Shown here: piece by piece, positions 24,652-37,200 of the stretch
How the letters are laid out: each line of letters opens with the position of its first letter
Numbering within the stretch: the first letter of the stretch is position 1
Assembly (NCBI GenBank): GCA_021432655.1
Contig: MU271339.1
Location: 1-64,000 of the forward strand
Direction: 5' to 3'
Source of the DNA: Atractiella rhizophila
Taxonomy: Eukaryota
DNA: 64,000 bases
Translations under genes and position numbers: made by a program
The notes under the pieces: model-generated
What the model was told of the DNA's origin: nothing
Seen by the model: only the letters and a program-made list of their open reading frames with translations
Databases searched by the model: none

Positions 24652-26260
24652 TTTCATAGAGATAACCCACCCATATACAACCTTCTTCCTTAAGTTCAAC
24701 ATCATCAGAACAAACACCAGACACACTAACATAACCCCTAACCATACAAAACCTAGAGCTAGCATTCAATCAAGCATTGCAAATGGAAGGAGAACGAGAT
24801 GATGGGGGATTGGAAGTAAGGGAGATGGGAGAGGAGAGATGGGAATTGCAGTTCTTAAAGGAGTTTAGGGAATGGAGGAAGGACAGGAAGGAACGGAAGG
24901 AAAAGGAAGAGAACAGAAGGAGAGAAAGAGAGATGTCTCGCAAGCTTTTGAACAATACAAAAAGGAGCTGAGAAGAGAGGAATGGTGTGGGAGTCGCTAG
25001 AGGATGTGTGCAAATGGATCAAAGAGGCGAGGCGTATGCTCCATCACATGTGATGCTGCAGTCAGGACCCACACTGTATCAGGAGTTGGAAGCATTGATG
25101 GAAGAGTTTAGCAGAGGCAGTCAAGAGATAGAAAAACAAAGTCCCTCTCAACCCCTCTAATCCAGACTCCTAAGTTATTCTGCAGCATATATCCTATGCC
25201 CTACACGTTAAATCCAAATTTACAGCCCTTCCCACCAATTTCCAGATAGAACCACTAGTAGTTCCAAAATTTATCAACTCCTTCCACCAGACCATTCGAA
25301 CTCGACTCGAAGGTCTCAGAACAGTAAAGGAGAGAGCGGAGAGGGTGCAGACACTTACAGAGGTAACGTTGGTGTGGGAGTTGAGGGACACAAGGAGGGA
25401 GAAGGAAGTCAAGATGAAAGAGAAGGAGGAGAGAATGAGATAGAGAGGAGTTTTTGCATCATTAAAAGTGAAGATACACCGTTTAAACAACTAATCCCAC
25501 AACAGAACTTCGGCTTCACCCAATGGCGAGCCAATCCCTCTTTTCAACAGCGCCCATTCACAAATCCCCAAACAGTCAGCGAACTTCGATTGTCGTCACA
25601 AATCCCCAAACAGTCAGCGAACTTCGATTGTCGTCATCCCTCATCCCACCTAAAGTCGAACATGGAGCATGGAAGACATTCCTCACGAGTGAACAACGGG
25701 CTTACAACATAGCTTTGAACCAGTTCATCAGCGAAGGGCAAAGGGATTGCCGCTTCCCCATTAAGCCTATTTCCCCTTTCACCAGGAACCCTCCCTGCCA
25801 CTTCCAATGATTGTAACATCTGTGGAATGGAATGGGGAGGTAGAAGTCATCGTTGTGCAGCACCATGAGCACCAGATCCAATACCCAAACAGGGCTCAAA
25901 CCCAATACAGGACACTCAATCGCAGCCGACAGCCATTGCGGATCAAATCCCAGAGTTGACTAAGCCACACACACAGCAGATACAACAATAGTGCCAGAGG
26001 AGCAGAGAACCAGTCCACCTCACAGTCACCACCACAGCACCCCCACCTGCTTCAAGCTCAGACTCAATAGAGGCTCCAATCATCAGTATACGTCGGTACA
26101 CACAATTCAACCAACTACCTCCTCGCCCTCCTTCACCATCAGCTGCTTCAAATAGAACAGTTTACGAGGAGGACTGGTGGACAGAGAGGAGCAAAAGTGC
26201 ATCGCCCAAAGCTACAAACTGTTACAGCAACCAACAATGAGAGCTACAAAGGAGCATGAA
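24652..26260 (+). pseudogene. Decayed gag-like/coiled-coil ORF interrupted at its ATG by the CACTA element
   Basis: The empty-site reconstruction reads ..CATC ATG ACA TTT CAT AGA GAT AAC CCA CCC. E/R/K-rich and P/Q/T-rich stop-riddled segments follow. Confidence 0.35.
25558..25636. repeat. 38-bp perfect tandem duplication
   Basis: TCACAAATCCCCAAACAGTCAGCGAACTTCGATTGTCG x2. Confidence 0.97.
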
Positions 26261-26949
26261 GCAAGAATGCTTAGGATATGGACAAGGGGGAAAACTCTTC
26301 CACCTTACATATAAGAGAACTAAAAGGGAAAGTGACAGTGGGATTACATGGGGTTAATACGAGGAGAATAGACACAATTGGGCTAAGTGGTGATGTAGGA
26401 GCAAATGGGCGAACAGGCGACTGTGCGCCAATTTGCACAGTGGGCAAACGGACGACGGGAGACCAATTTGCGTAGAATGCAAACGGGCAAACGGGCGGTA
26501 TGACTACATGCTCATGTGTGTGATAGAGGGGTAGTCTTCTCATGTCATTTCATGCTCTTAGGTTTATCTCCACTACAGATGCATCACCCACCGGTGACCG
26601 CACATAGTGTCAGCCCTAAGATCACCTTTCCATCCTTCCACAGCCCTCTTCCACTGGGACTTATGCCACCAGCCAGTGGATCCAAGTGTAGCCGTCAAAA
26701 CAATGTAGCCATTGCATGGCTTTCCTGCCATCCATATCCAAAAGCCAGCCATGGCCTCTGCTCACTCCAACCAATGGATTGAGAAGAAGATGTGACTCTA
26801 GTGGTTGGTGATGGTCTGGGTGCAATGACTTCTTCTTGGCTGGATGGGGAAGGGTCAGAAGATGAAGGAGATGATGGTATCTGTGAGAGCTTCTTTGATT
26901 CTGGAAGTGAAGGTGGTATGAGAGCTAGTTGAAGGATTAGTTGAGGAAG

Positions 26950-28620
26950 AGGAGGAAATGTTTCCCTTGACAAGTAATGTCAAAAATGCTCGTGCTGAAG
27001 TTGTACAATGCACTTCTACCTTTTCTGAAATGCCGAGGAATGCCTGTGCTCCAAGGAAGATATTTGAGGCTGAAGAAGCTTTGTGGAGAACCTGCTTCGC
27101 TTATGATGGAAAAGAGTGGGTGGACAGAATGAAGGAGGAAGCTGGAGATGAGGAAGAAAGTACAGTATGAACTTCACTTCCTATGTATTTTTATATCTGC
27201 TAATACAGTACTTACTCTACAGGCTCATGAAGGATTCTCCCACCCTGTTGTCATATTTCAAACCTGTTGGAAGGATCCTCAATTCCGATGAAGAAAGTGA
27301 CAATACACCTAGCCATGGCTCTTCCGAACCGTCTCCTTGCCCCAACTACTTTGCACTCCCCCCTTCCACTGGTGTCGATTATACTCTTGCTGCCCCTTAG
27401 TATGTCACCAAAGCAGAGCCAGAGAAGTGACCGATCAACTGTCAGCAGGAATTCACATGGTTAGCAGCAGAGATTGAGATGTTTTGCAACTGTGGCAATT
27501 TCCTTGCTGATCTTCAGAACCAGAGATACCGTGCGCCGGAAACATTTTACAACCTCTTACGGTCGGGGAAGAAAAGCAGAAGGAATTGTGCCAAAATAGC
27601 AGCGCTCTCCCATTGGTTTAGTGAGAACTACAGTGGCAGGAGTATAAGAGCATCGGCATGTCATTATGAAAACACAGGAGAGCTTCCACTTTCTAATAGA
27701 GGTTTGTCAGTTTCAGATATCTTGTTCCTCAAGATGAGATAGGACGGCATGCTAAGACTTATTCCCTTCTGCATGATCCAGAACACTGTGAGGAACTTCA
27801 AGCATATCTTTGTGGAAAAAGTGGAAGATAGATCGGTCCAAGATCAGGGTTTCTCCTTGTCAACAGGTCCCAAAGGCATTGGAGGAGTATGTGAAGAACC
27901 AGGGGTGTGGAATTCATCGATCAGACTTTGTTTCTTCAACTGTTGGCTGGATGGAAGATGTAGGAGTTGGTATGGAGTATGGAAAGAACTATGAAGGATA
28001 TTGGGATGCAGCAAAACCAATAGCCCAGGTTGGCTTTCTCTTAAATTTACTTTTCTCTCCTGAGTACCCTTTATTAGGTTTGAGACAAGTTCGTCCCAGT
28101 CTTTGAGAAGTATCATCCAGGAGATCAGGCACTTATCATGTTTGATAATTCAACTGGACATGGAGCGTTTGCTGCAGATGCTTTAGTGGCAACAAGGATG
28201 AATCTTGGACCAGGCGGAGCCAATGCCTTCTGCGAGATGGTTGGTTTGAGAAAGAGGGTGATAAAATCCCATAGAAGATAGTATTTGAAGAAGGACATCC
28301 CAAGGCTGGTCAAGCAAAAGGTATCCATGCTTTCACCTCTTTTATCAAGGTTAACTGCTTCATTATGCATGAAAGTGATACTGTCAGAGCGGGGCCAATG
28401 GCCAGTTGGCGGTTTAAAGGCAAGATGCAAGAAGAAAGCCGAGCATAATGAAGATGGAACATGTTGTGCCGGTAAGTATCATTTAACCTGCACAAATATA
28501 GCCAACACTTACTTTTATTCAGAGAAATTAATGGCACTACAGCCTGACTTTAATCTCAGAAGCGTGGGGTGGCTGAGGTTGTCGAAGCAGCAGGACACCT
28601 TGCTATCTTCTTACCTAACT
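26950..28620 (+). mobile_element. Tc1/mariner-IS630-like DDE transposase relic
   Basis: YGKNYEGYWDAAK, ALIMFDNSTGHGAFAADALVATRMNLGPGG, MKVILSERGQW, CC..LMALQPDF, EVVEAAGHLAIFLP. Many frameshifts. Confidence 0.7.
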
Positions 28621-28622
28621 TC

Positions 28623-31600
28623 CTGTCAATCTAGATATTCCATCAATGTACAGCAAGGTAATGATGATTTTACATAGAAAAAAATTTCTCCCACGCCAAC
28701 CTATATGTTGCCAAAACAATTTGGCCACCTCTCCAAAGTGGGTAGTGGCTAGGTGACCTACACCATAGGATATCTACTCTACTTAGCAGTCTCCCTACTC
28801 AATAGCCTTATAGATTGTCAGCCCTAACAGTAGAACAGATCTCTCCACCCCTTCACTTTTATCAATACCATGGCAGACCAATGCTTTGATATCCAAACTG
28901 CTTCCTTAGAACAGCTCAAGGGTTACATCAATCAACTCTTAGCGAATATGCTCCAAAACGAAGTTACTAGACTCAAGGAAGATATGGTCTTCAAGATGGA
29001 ATATGAAAGCAAAAGAGTTCATTCTCAAGCAATCTCGTGTCAAGGCCGACGCAAAGGTGTGTGAATGTGACATGTCTGGTCACATACCACAAGGACAATG
29101 CTAAGTGGAAATCCTGAGTATGTATATCATGTATCATGCTAAGTAGAAATCGGGAGAGAACAAACTAGGTCTCTCAGGGGCATTGTTCTTGCCTATATAC
29201 ATATAAAAAGCCTGCACAGCTACAAACAACAACTCTAACTCTATCTAAGATGGGGCACAAAGGTCATGTGATATCTAGGGCAAAGAGGTGGAGAAACAGG
29301 AACACAAATAAAGCAACACACATAGATTGAGTCCACATCTCCAAATAGGCTAAAATAGGCAGGGTCGATCCTGATATCTTGGTTTGGCAAATATGGCACA
29401 GGGAGAAAGAGATCAAAGGGATAGAAGAATCGAAGAATTGATTTCAGAAATGGCCACCTTTCACTCCAATACTCCAACAAGGCTCCATCACACCAGCCCA
29501 CAAGTTAAACCTAATAAGCCCAAACCTTTTGATGGAACTCATGCTAATACCAATCATTTCCTTAGTCAATTGTATCTCTACTTCAGGGCTCTTCCATTAA
29601 GAGCATAAACCCAATACACTCGAAGGATGGAAGACCAGAGCTCGGAATCTTGATTGTAACTATCTTCAAAGACTGGAAACCAAATCACTAGGTTCAGCCC
29701 CTATCCAACCTCCTCGTCAACCATCCAATCAACAACCTCAATTCACTGTAAATGCCTCTCCTCCTTCACAGATAGCTGGACCCACGACTACCCAATTTCC
29801 ATGAACATCGATAGAATCAAATACTTCCGAAAACCTCTCATCTGTCATTGTTGTGGTCAATCTGGACATGTTCAAGCTGTCTGTGTGAATCCAGTTGATC
29901 CTCAAGTCAGCCATGTGATCAGAATGACTTTGGAGAACCTACCTACCTCTATATCGGAACAGGGAAAAGGGCAAGACTAAGAGTGATAGGTGTGCCCTCC
30001 TTGATCAAAAATGGGATAAAGGATAGTGTGGAATTCAGTTTATCAAATCTATCTAATAGTTCCCAAGTCACACCTCTTTTATTTGAACCTCTAGCATTGA
30101 AAAATCAAGGACTCGTCTTAAACATCCCATTATAAATTCAATCTCTTATCAATGGACAAACTTTCTTCGTTACTGATTTAGTTGATTGTTGTGCTACAAT
30201 CTCATTCCTCAGCCCTCAATTCATCAAAACAACATATTTTCAACCCTACAATCTTGAAAAGTGTATTCCAGTTTATAACATTGATAGCACTCTGAACTCT
30301 GATAGCACTCTGAACTCAGGAGGATCAGTGGACAAGATGATCAACCTTCGTCTTCTCAACAAGGATCACTCAGAAAGAAGGACTTTTACTATCTGTAAGC
30401 TTGGACCTGTGGACACAATCCTAGGATATGACTGACTTTTCGAACACAATCCGACAATTGACTGGGAACAAGGAAACATCAAACTCGATCACTGTCCTAC
30501 CAACTGTAGCACCAACCAAACAAGGCTGGATAGTATAGAGACCAAAGAAATACAAAAGGAATACGTCAACGCTCAACTTCCCCCTTGGCTCCATGAATTT
30601 GTCTTTGTCAGCTGATCATGATTCACCTCCCCAAGAATCTCCCCTTTATATCTCTGCTACAACCTCAATATCTCAGCTTCTCACTCAAGAAACAGTGGCT
30701 AAACAACCCAATAAACCTACTATGGACTTATCTAAATGGCTTCAACAATTTTCAGATGTTTTTGATGAGAAGGAATTTGAGAAGCTCCCAGAACAAAGGA
30801 AGTGGGATTATACTATTGACCTCAAAGAAGGAGCGGTAGCTTACAAGGGTTGGGTGTACCCTATGTCAAAGAATACTTTCACAAAAATGCACTGTCTTTC
30901 ACTGGGGACACCAACAGCAGGTTACATTCGATAACCTCAAGAGAGCAGTCATTTCCGCACCCCTCCTGTCATACCCTGAAGAGAATAAGCCTTATCTTAT
31001 CGAAGCTAATAGCTCTAGTTATGCTCTTTGTACTATTCTGTCTTAGAAGAGGGACAATGGAAAGTATTATCCTATTGCCTACCTATCAAAATCCCTCTCT
31101 CCAGCTGAACACAACTATAAAATCTACAACAAGGAGATGTTATTGACTGTCAGAGCTTAGAAGAATGGAGATATCTCCTCAAAGGATAACCCATCCCCAT
31201 CCCCATCACCATCCTCACTAACTACAAGGTGCTTCAGTACATTAAGGAGCCTCAGAAACTCAATTGTTGTCAAGCTCGTTGGCTCCTCTACCTCTCTAGA
31301 TTCAACTTTGTTCTCCAACCTCAACCAGGGAAAAGTTCAGCTGAACCAGATGCGCTCTCAAGGTGTGCTGATCATTATGATGGATCCAATGATAATGAGG
31401 ACATTGTGCTCCTACCAGAGAAGTATTTCATTCAGGCAAATCAATGGTTCCCTGGGCATTACGTATTACAAGCCGTCGGACCGGCTACAACCTTGGTGGG
31501 GGTTGAAGAAGCAGAAGAACTATTGGACCGAATCAGAAAGGTAGATGAGAAGGATGAATCTGTTGTAAAGGCGGTTAAAGAATTAAAGGAAGGAAGCGAC

Positions 31601-32219
31601 AAGGTACTTAAAGGAGAAGAATGAAAAGTGGAAGAGGATGGACTCACCAGATTTCAAGGCAAGATTTATATCCCTAAGGACGACTCCCTTCGATGTGACA
31701 TCATTTCAATGCATCATGATACGCCTATAGCAGGACATGGAGCACACCACAAGCACTCAGGCAAGAAGATATTCAGCCTCAACCCTTCCAACCCGCAAAC
31801 TCAAAATGGCGCCCTCTCAGAGAGTAGGGTAAAGTGATGGGGCGCCGTAAATCCTAAGAGTAGTAAGACGCCCCAGTGGGAGGTTCGTACATTTCCTTAC
31901 TGGCCTTTGACATCAAACTTACATTCTTTACTGCTTCACCTCGTTGGAGCCTCGGGCTTGAGAGGTGAGATATTGTCAGGGTTTGCTTCTGGAGCATGAC
32001 TCACATCCTAGAATATGTGGCAAATGATCTAGAAGGTTCTGTCAGGTTGGTGGCAAATAGAGTAATGGTGGGATATGCTGGAACATTCTGGAACTTGTGG
32101 CTATCTGCATATATAATATCCCTGCCAATGGAGTGAGATATCCAGATTGGTTCTCTTAGGATATCCATTCTACTTGGCAGCTTCCCCCATTGCTCACAAC
32201 AAGAGAGTGTCAGCCCTAA
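28623..32219 (+). mobile_element. Degenerate Ty3/Gypsy LTR retrotransposon with internal deletions
   Basis: gag (KPNKPKPFDGT; CHCCGQSGHVQAVC knuckle ~29843), protease (LVDCCAT; FEHNPTIDW), RT start (FSDVFDEKEFEKLP..WDYTIDLKEG), RNase H (IAYLSKSLSPAEHNY; QARWLLYLSRFNF), integrase start (HDTPIAGH). PPT then a TGTCAGGG 3' LTR at ~31974-32219; a related LTR end GTCAGCCCTAACA at ~28829. Confidence 0.88.
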
Positions 32220-33372
32220 TAGTTCTATAGCATTTTAATCCTTATAATCTAATGACATTTGAATTACTGAGCTATCATGAACTTTCTTACTCTGGGCATT
32301 AAAAGTATAATGACTGTTTTTTCATTACAAATTATCAACATTACGGACCTTACCCTATAATATAAGGGTGGGAGAGCTGACACCAACTACATCGTCATGC
32401 AAACTTGACACATTGCCAACTTAATTTGAGTAGGTAAGGAACATTTTCCCCAAAGTACCAAGAAGTTACTTGACTTAGTCATGAAAACAATTTTTTCATC
32501 TTTCAAATAGGCTTTGCTGTATACCATTTGAAAGGCGCTGACATGTTTATTCTGGTGGTTGCTCAGAAATTTAAAAGGGTTGTTATGGGTGGTCATATGA
32601 GTGCTCAAAAGTACATGTGAGTCATATTCAAAACCCGCCATACTTTATACATAAGCATACAGGGTCCCTGTCTGGATCAGCCAGCTCTGTTTGAATTATA
32701 CGATCAACAGCTGCTTTGTCCTGGATACAATCTTCAGGATGAAGAATCAATAAGATGTATATCTGTGGTAGGCTTTTCTTCTGAAATTCGATGATCCGAT
32801 ATATCCGTCCAGCCTTCTAAAGATCTGTCCCACTGCTAAATCTTTGATGTACCCTAGAGCTGTCTACACCATCAGGATCAGGAGTGGATAGGAATAGTTA
32901 AGCTTCTTCTTTAGTGTCCTCCTCAAGAGAGGATGAATACTGGCTCAACAACACACTGTCAGTGTTGTACTTGGAATGATGCTTGTAGATAGCTCCTACT
33001 TGTTCCTGTTTTATTCCAGTTCATAATGGCACTTATTACTGTTTCTTACTCGCTTTACATCTTTACATCACAGTTATTTCTTGGAAAAAGGGTTCCATGC
33101 ATAGCATTGCATCTTTTGTTTAACCTTTAACTTTGCGACCGCCAAGGTCTGTGTACATGGTAATATTTCCAGGTGTAACAGATTCTACAGGTCAGCTTTG
33201 CTTCCACAGTTGGTGCCTACTTTGGATCGACGAGATAATCTGTGAATGGGTCCCGCTCTCAGATATTAGGCACTTCAGTTTTTACCGACATTTAGTTCCA
33301 AAGATCGTTAAGTCAAGAGAGTTCTGAGCAGACGTACTAAAAGATGAATTTACTGCGCCTTAGTCTCATTGT

Positions 33373-34736
33373 TCAACTGCATTCCGGATGCAAATGGAGA
33401 GACCGCTGCAGTGCTGGTAAGCATGTCTGCAGCGCCTTTGACAAGCCAGATTGCGGGATCTGCTTTAGCCTCACTTTCTTTCATTTCAGCTAACATGCCT
33501 CCGCAGGCAACTAAGCATGCTCCACCAACCCATTGAAGTCCTACTGCCCAACATCTTTGAACCTACGATCAAAATTGCCTGTGTCAACGATCCTGTACGA
33601 CAAATCATTACAACGTACAATGCAGACATATTCGAATACTACATCAACCGCTTCACACTTCACGACTTGTATCTCAACTCCGAAATTCACATCCCTAACT
33701 GGATCCGCAATGGCTTCCCAGCTCACATTGTCGACACTGACTTTGTTAAATTCATCCCTCCAAACACCTCTACCCTTCACACCTCCGAAGCGAAGAAAGC
33801 CTTCGTATGCAGTTGGTGCCAGGAGGAACGTCTGCTGAACCGTCTCCTCGGCCCATTCACAGAGTCAACCCTGGACATAGTCTTCAATGGAGTCTGGAGG
33901 ACTAGCCCAATCTCTGTAGTCGACAAGGCAGGAGCACAGAGCACCTGGCGAGTTCCGCCTTATTGTTGATTTCTCCCGAAAACCCCACTCTCAAAACTCT
34001 CCCCCTCTCAAATCAATCAATGAGTACATGCAAAATACCAGCGAAACCAACACACCGGATGCTGAACAAACTAGGGGCAACATACTCATTGATTGATTTG
34101 AGAGGGGGAGAGTTTTGAGAGTGGGGTTTTCGGGAGAAATCAACAATAAGGCGGAACTCGCCAGGTGCTCTGTGCTCCTGCCTTGTCGACTACAGAGATT
34201 GGGCTAGTCCTCCAGACTCCATTGAAGACTATGTCCAGGGTTGACTCTGTGAATGGGCCGAGGAGACGGTTCAGCAGACGTTCCTCCTGGCACCAACTGC
34301 ATACGAAGGCTTTCTTCGCTTCGGAGGTGTGAAGGGTAGAGGTGTTTGGAGGGATGAATTTAACAAAGTCAGTGTCGACAATGTGAGCTGGGAAGCCATT
34401 GCGGATCCAGTTAGGGATGTGAATTTCGGAGTTGAGATACAAGTCGTGAAGTGTGAAGCGGTTGATGTAGTATTCGAATATGTCTGCATTGTACGTTGTA
34501 ATGATTTGTCGTACAGGATCGTTGACACAGGCAATTTTGATCGTAGGTTCAAAGATGTTGGGGAGTAGGACTTCAATGGGTTGGTGAAGCATGCTTAGTT
34601 GCCTGCGGAGGCATGTTAGCTGAAATGAAAGAAAGTGAGGCTAAAGCAGACCCTGCAATCTGGCTTGTCAAAGGCGCTGCAGACATGCTTGCCAGCACTG
34701 CAGCGGTCTCCCCATTTGCATCCGGAATGCAGTTGA
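33373..34736. repeat. Long inverted repeat: 654-bp arms (33373-34026 / 34083-34736), 56-bp spacer, about 99% identical
   Basis: Mirror ORFs 33517..33969(+) and 34140..34592(-) encode identical proteins. All paired coordinates sum to 68109; about 6 mismatches seen, all in the outer ~180 bp. Confidence 0.98.
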
Positions 34737-37200
34737 TGGAAGAAGCATATCCGATCACTACTTCCTTCAACAATGAGCTTCCCTCATCCCTGACCTTCAG
34801 CAGTCAGGTTCTTTCCTCCGGCTTCAGAAATGGTTCTGGTGGAGTAGTAGTCGTTGTATTTGTGACCGTTGTACAGGCACCGGACACACTGATCGTCTTT
34901 TCTTGCACGCGATCGATGGGGGGACTGGCTGTGGTAGGTGCAGATGGCTTGTTTGAGGAGTGGTTCTCGAACCTTGTACAAAAGGGCTTCTGTGCATGTG
35001 TGAGAGTTGTGGGTGGTGCGTGGCTCCTCAACTTGCTTTCGACTTCAAGGAGCATCCATTGTTCCCACTCTGCGACATATTGAGTGCGTATTTGATCTGG
35101 GGAACCAAATGACTTGATGGATTGCTTTGGTGGATCTTTTGGCATTTAATGGCTACATGTAGCCAGATTGGCCAGTCATCGAACCAGGCTGCCGAGCTAT
35201 TGGAAATCGCGCGGCGGCGCAAGGTGTCGTGGGCATCCTTGATGAAGTCGATGAAGCGGCGTAAATCCCTCGAAAGGTTTGGTTTGTTGGCTTTCGAAAG
35301 AACGTGGGGGTAACTGTTCATGGCTAAGTCCCATTCGCCCCGGTCGATGTTAAGGTCCTTTCCCTCCATCGTGATCTTGAAGATTGTGTCGTCTCCGAGG
35401 CTATTGAAGGCACTGGAGCGTACGGAGGCGTCGCTGGGTTTATCGCTACGTTGGTGGTTCTGAATTTCTGTTCGATTTCCTCCTTGATCGACCTGGTGAA
35501 GCAGATTGCTGGAACATAACTGTGTGGGTTGGAGAGGATCCACTTCTCCATTTTGTTTGCGACAATCTGTCGGAAGGGATAACATTAGCACACTGCACTC
35601 CGTCATGTGATAACTGCAAGGACTCGTGGTGTATTCTATCCCACAATTTGGGAATAGGCCTTTGTTTGGTAAAGGCTTCGACTTGTGAATTTATTACTTT
35701 GAGATACATTGTGGCATAGAGCGTGCAGCTCTGCCACGCTTTGGTACTTTGGGTACATTGAGGCGAGAAACACGAAGGTTCTGCCGCGCTACTTTGGAGT
35801 ACATTAAGGCGAGGAGTGCAAGGCTCTGCCATACTTTGGTACTTTGGGGGACATTATAGCTTGGAGCGTAGAGCTCTGCCGTACATTGGTACTTTGAGGT
35901 GCTTTGGCAACCTTGAACTTTGAGGTCAGAGGGTTGTGCCCAGTTGTACATTGGTGCGTCGCAGAATACTTTGTACATTTGGAACTTACATTGAGTTCTA
36001 GGGGGGGGCGTTTTCGAAGTCGAGGTCCATGCTTTGGTCGAAAAGCATGTTAATGCGGTGTTTCATGGCAGCGCTGTCCTTGGCCCGCTGAATGAGCTCC
36101 GTCTCTCCATCTTCCTCCCATGGCTGCTTCTGGGGTTGGGCAGGTTGAGGTCTGAAGTTCTGATGGAGGTGCTGGGGCTGGGAGCAAGACCGAAGGGTTC
36201 GATTGGAGGGGGGTGGTGTACGGAGGAAACGAAAGGTCGATCGTGCAGGGCGGGCGACTCTTGGTAGGGACATTTAAGCTGACGAGCTGGTTATGCAGTT
36301 CATTCCGTTCGTCCGCTACTGCTCTCGTCTCCTCCTCAAGGACGTCTTTTTCCATCTTCAGCTTGTCCACCTCCCTCTGCAGCTCTCCTACTCGTCTTTC
36401 TGCCCAGTGACAAACCTCGACCCAGGGGTCGAAGGCACTCCTATTCCTGGATACTGTGTCCCCAGGAGTCAAAGGCATTCCTATTCCTGGACACTGTGTC
36501 TGTTTCCCTCATGAAACTTGCTTTCAAGCCAGAAGACGTTCCAAAGCCACCCTTGGGACACCTCCACTCCCGAAGCCATGATTCGAATTGGTCTTGAGAG
36601 AGGTCGCAACAGAAGGTTTCCACTAATGCCTCTGCGAATCGGGTACTTGTCGAGATGTCCTCTTCCAAGCCCTCGTCTGCCAGTCGGCGGGAGCCCAAGT
36701 TCCTACGCGGTGGGGGGACGGAGTCTGCCGCTTGTTCGGGGCGCTTCCCTTTGTCCAGGAGGACCCTTTCTGCTTTGAGGCCATCCGTTACGACAGAACC
36801 TTCAGGAGAGCCACCCTCGATGACGAACAGGGGGTTGCTTCTTGTCTCGGCTGGGGGGGGCTGAAGCGAGGTGGACTGGGAGGAAACGGCGGCGGGAGTT
36901 TGGGACATGGTTCAGGCAATTGGTGGTAGGCTCCTAGGAACCCACTTTGAAGATGGCATGAACCAAGACCAGTTCGTCACAAATTCGGCTAGGTTGGAGC
37001 CTTGGGGGATCTTCCTGTACGCCTCCTCCATTGGCTTGTGGTTCAAGTTGATGTTCTGAAGGTTGAGGGCTTTCGAGAGGACGGAGTACAAGGTGGTGGC
37101 ATCGACCCCATAGGTGAGGTAATTGGACGTACAGGAACGGGTCAGGGGGGTTGAAGGATGCTGGTTCGCGTTTCTCTAAGACGAGGGGTTCCAGGTTCGG
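34140..37200 (-). mobile_element. Truncated DIRS/Ngaro-like (tyrosine recombinase class) retrotransposon: gag-like ORF plus RT N-terminus
   Basis: Long fragmented gag-like ORF overlapping, in another frame, an ORF reading NADIFEYY..WIRNGFP..EERLLNRLLGPF..WRTSPISVVDK..WRV, typical of the DIRS/Ngaro RT start. The RT core, RNase H and YR are absent. Confidence 0.7.
36421..36500. repeat. 40-bp imperfect tandem duplication that frameshifts the DIRS gag-like ORF
   Basis: CCCAGG(G/A)GTC(G/A)AAGGCA(C/T)TCCTATTCCTGGA(T/C)ACTGTGTC x2. ORFs 36441..36908 and 36050..36478 switch frame here. Confidence 0.93.

Noticed and set aside
25558..25636. CRISPR-like repeats (38-40-bp units)
   Set aside because: Only two abutting copies with no spacers, in a eukaryotic context; simple tandem duplications.
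32220..33372. AT-richer relic with Cys/His motifs, possibly another transposase
   Set aside because: Stop-riddled in all frames and no diagnostic motif recognised.
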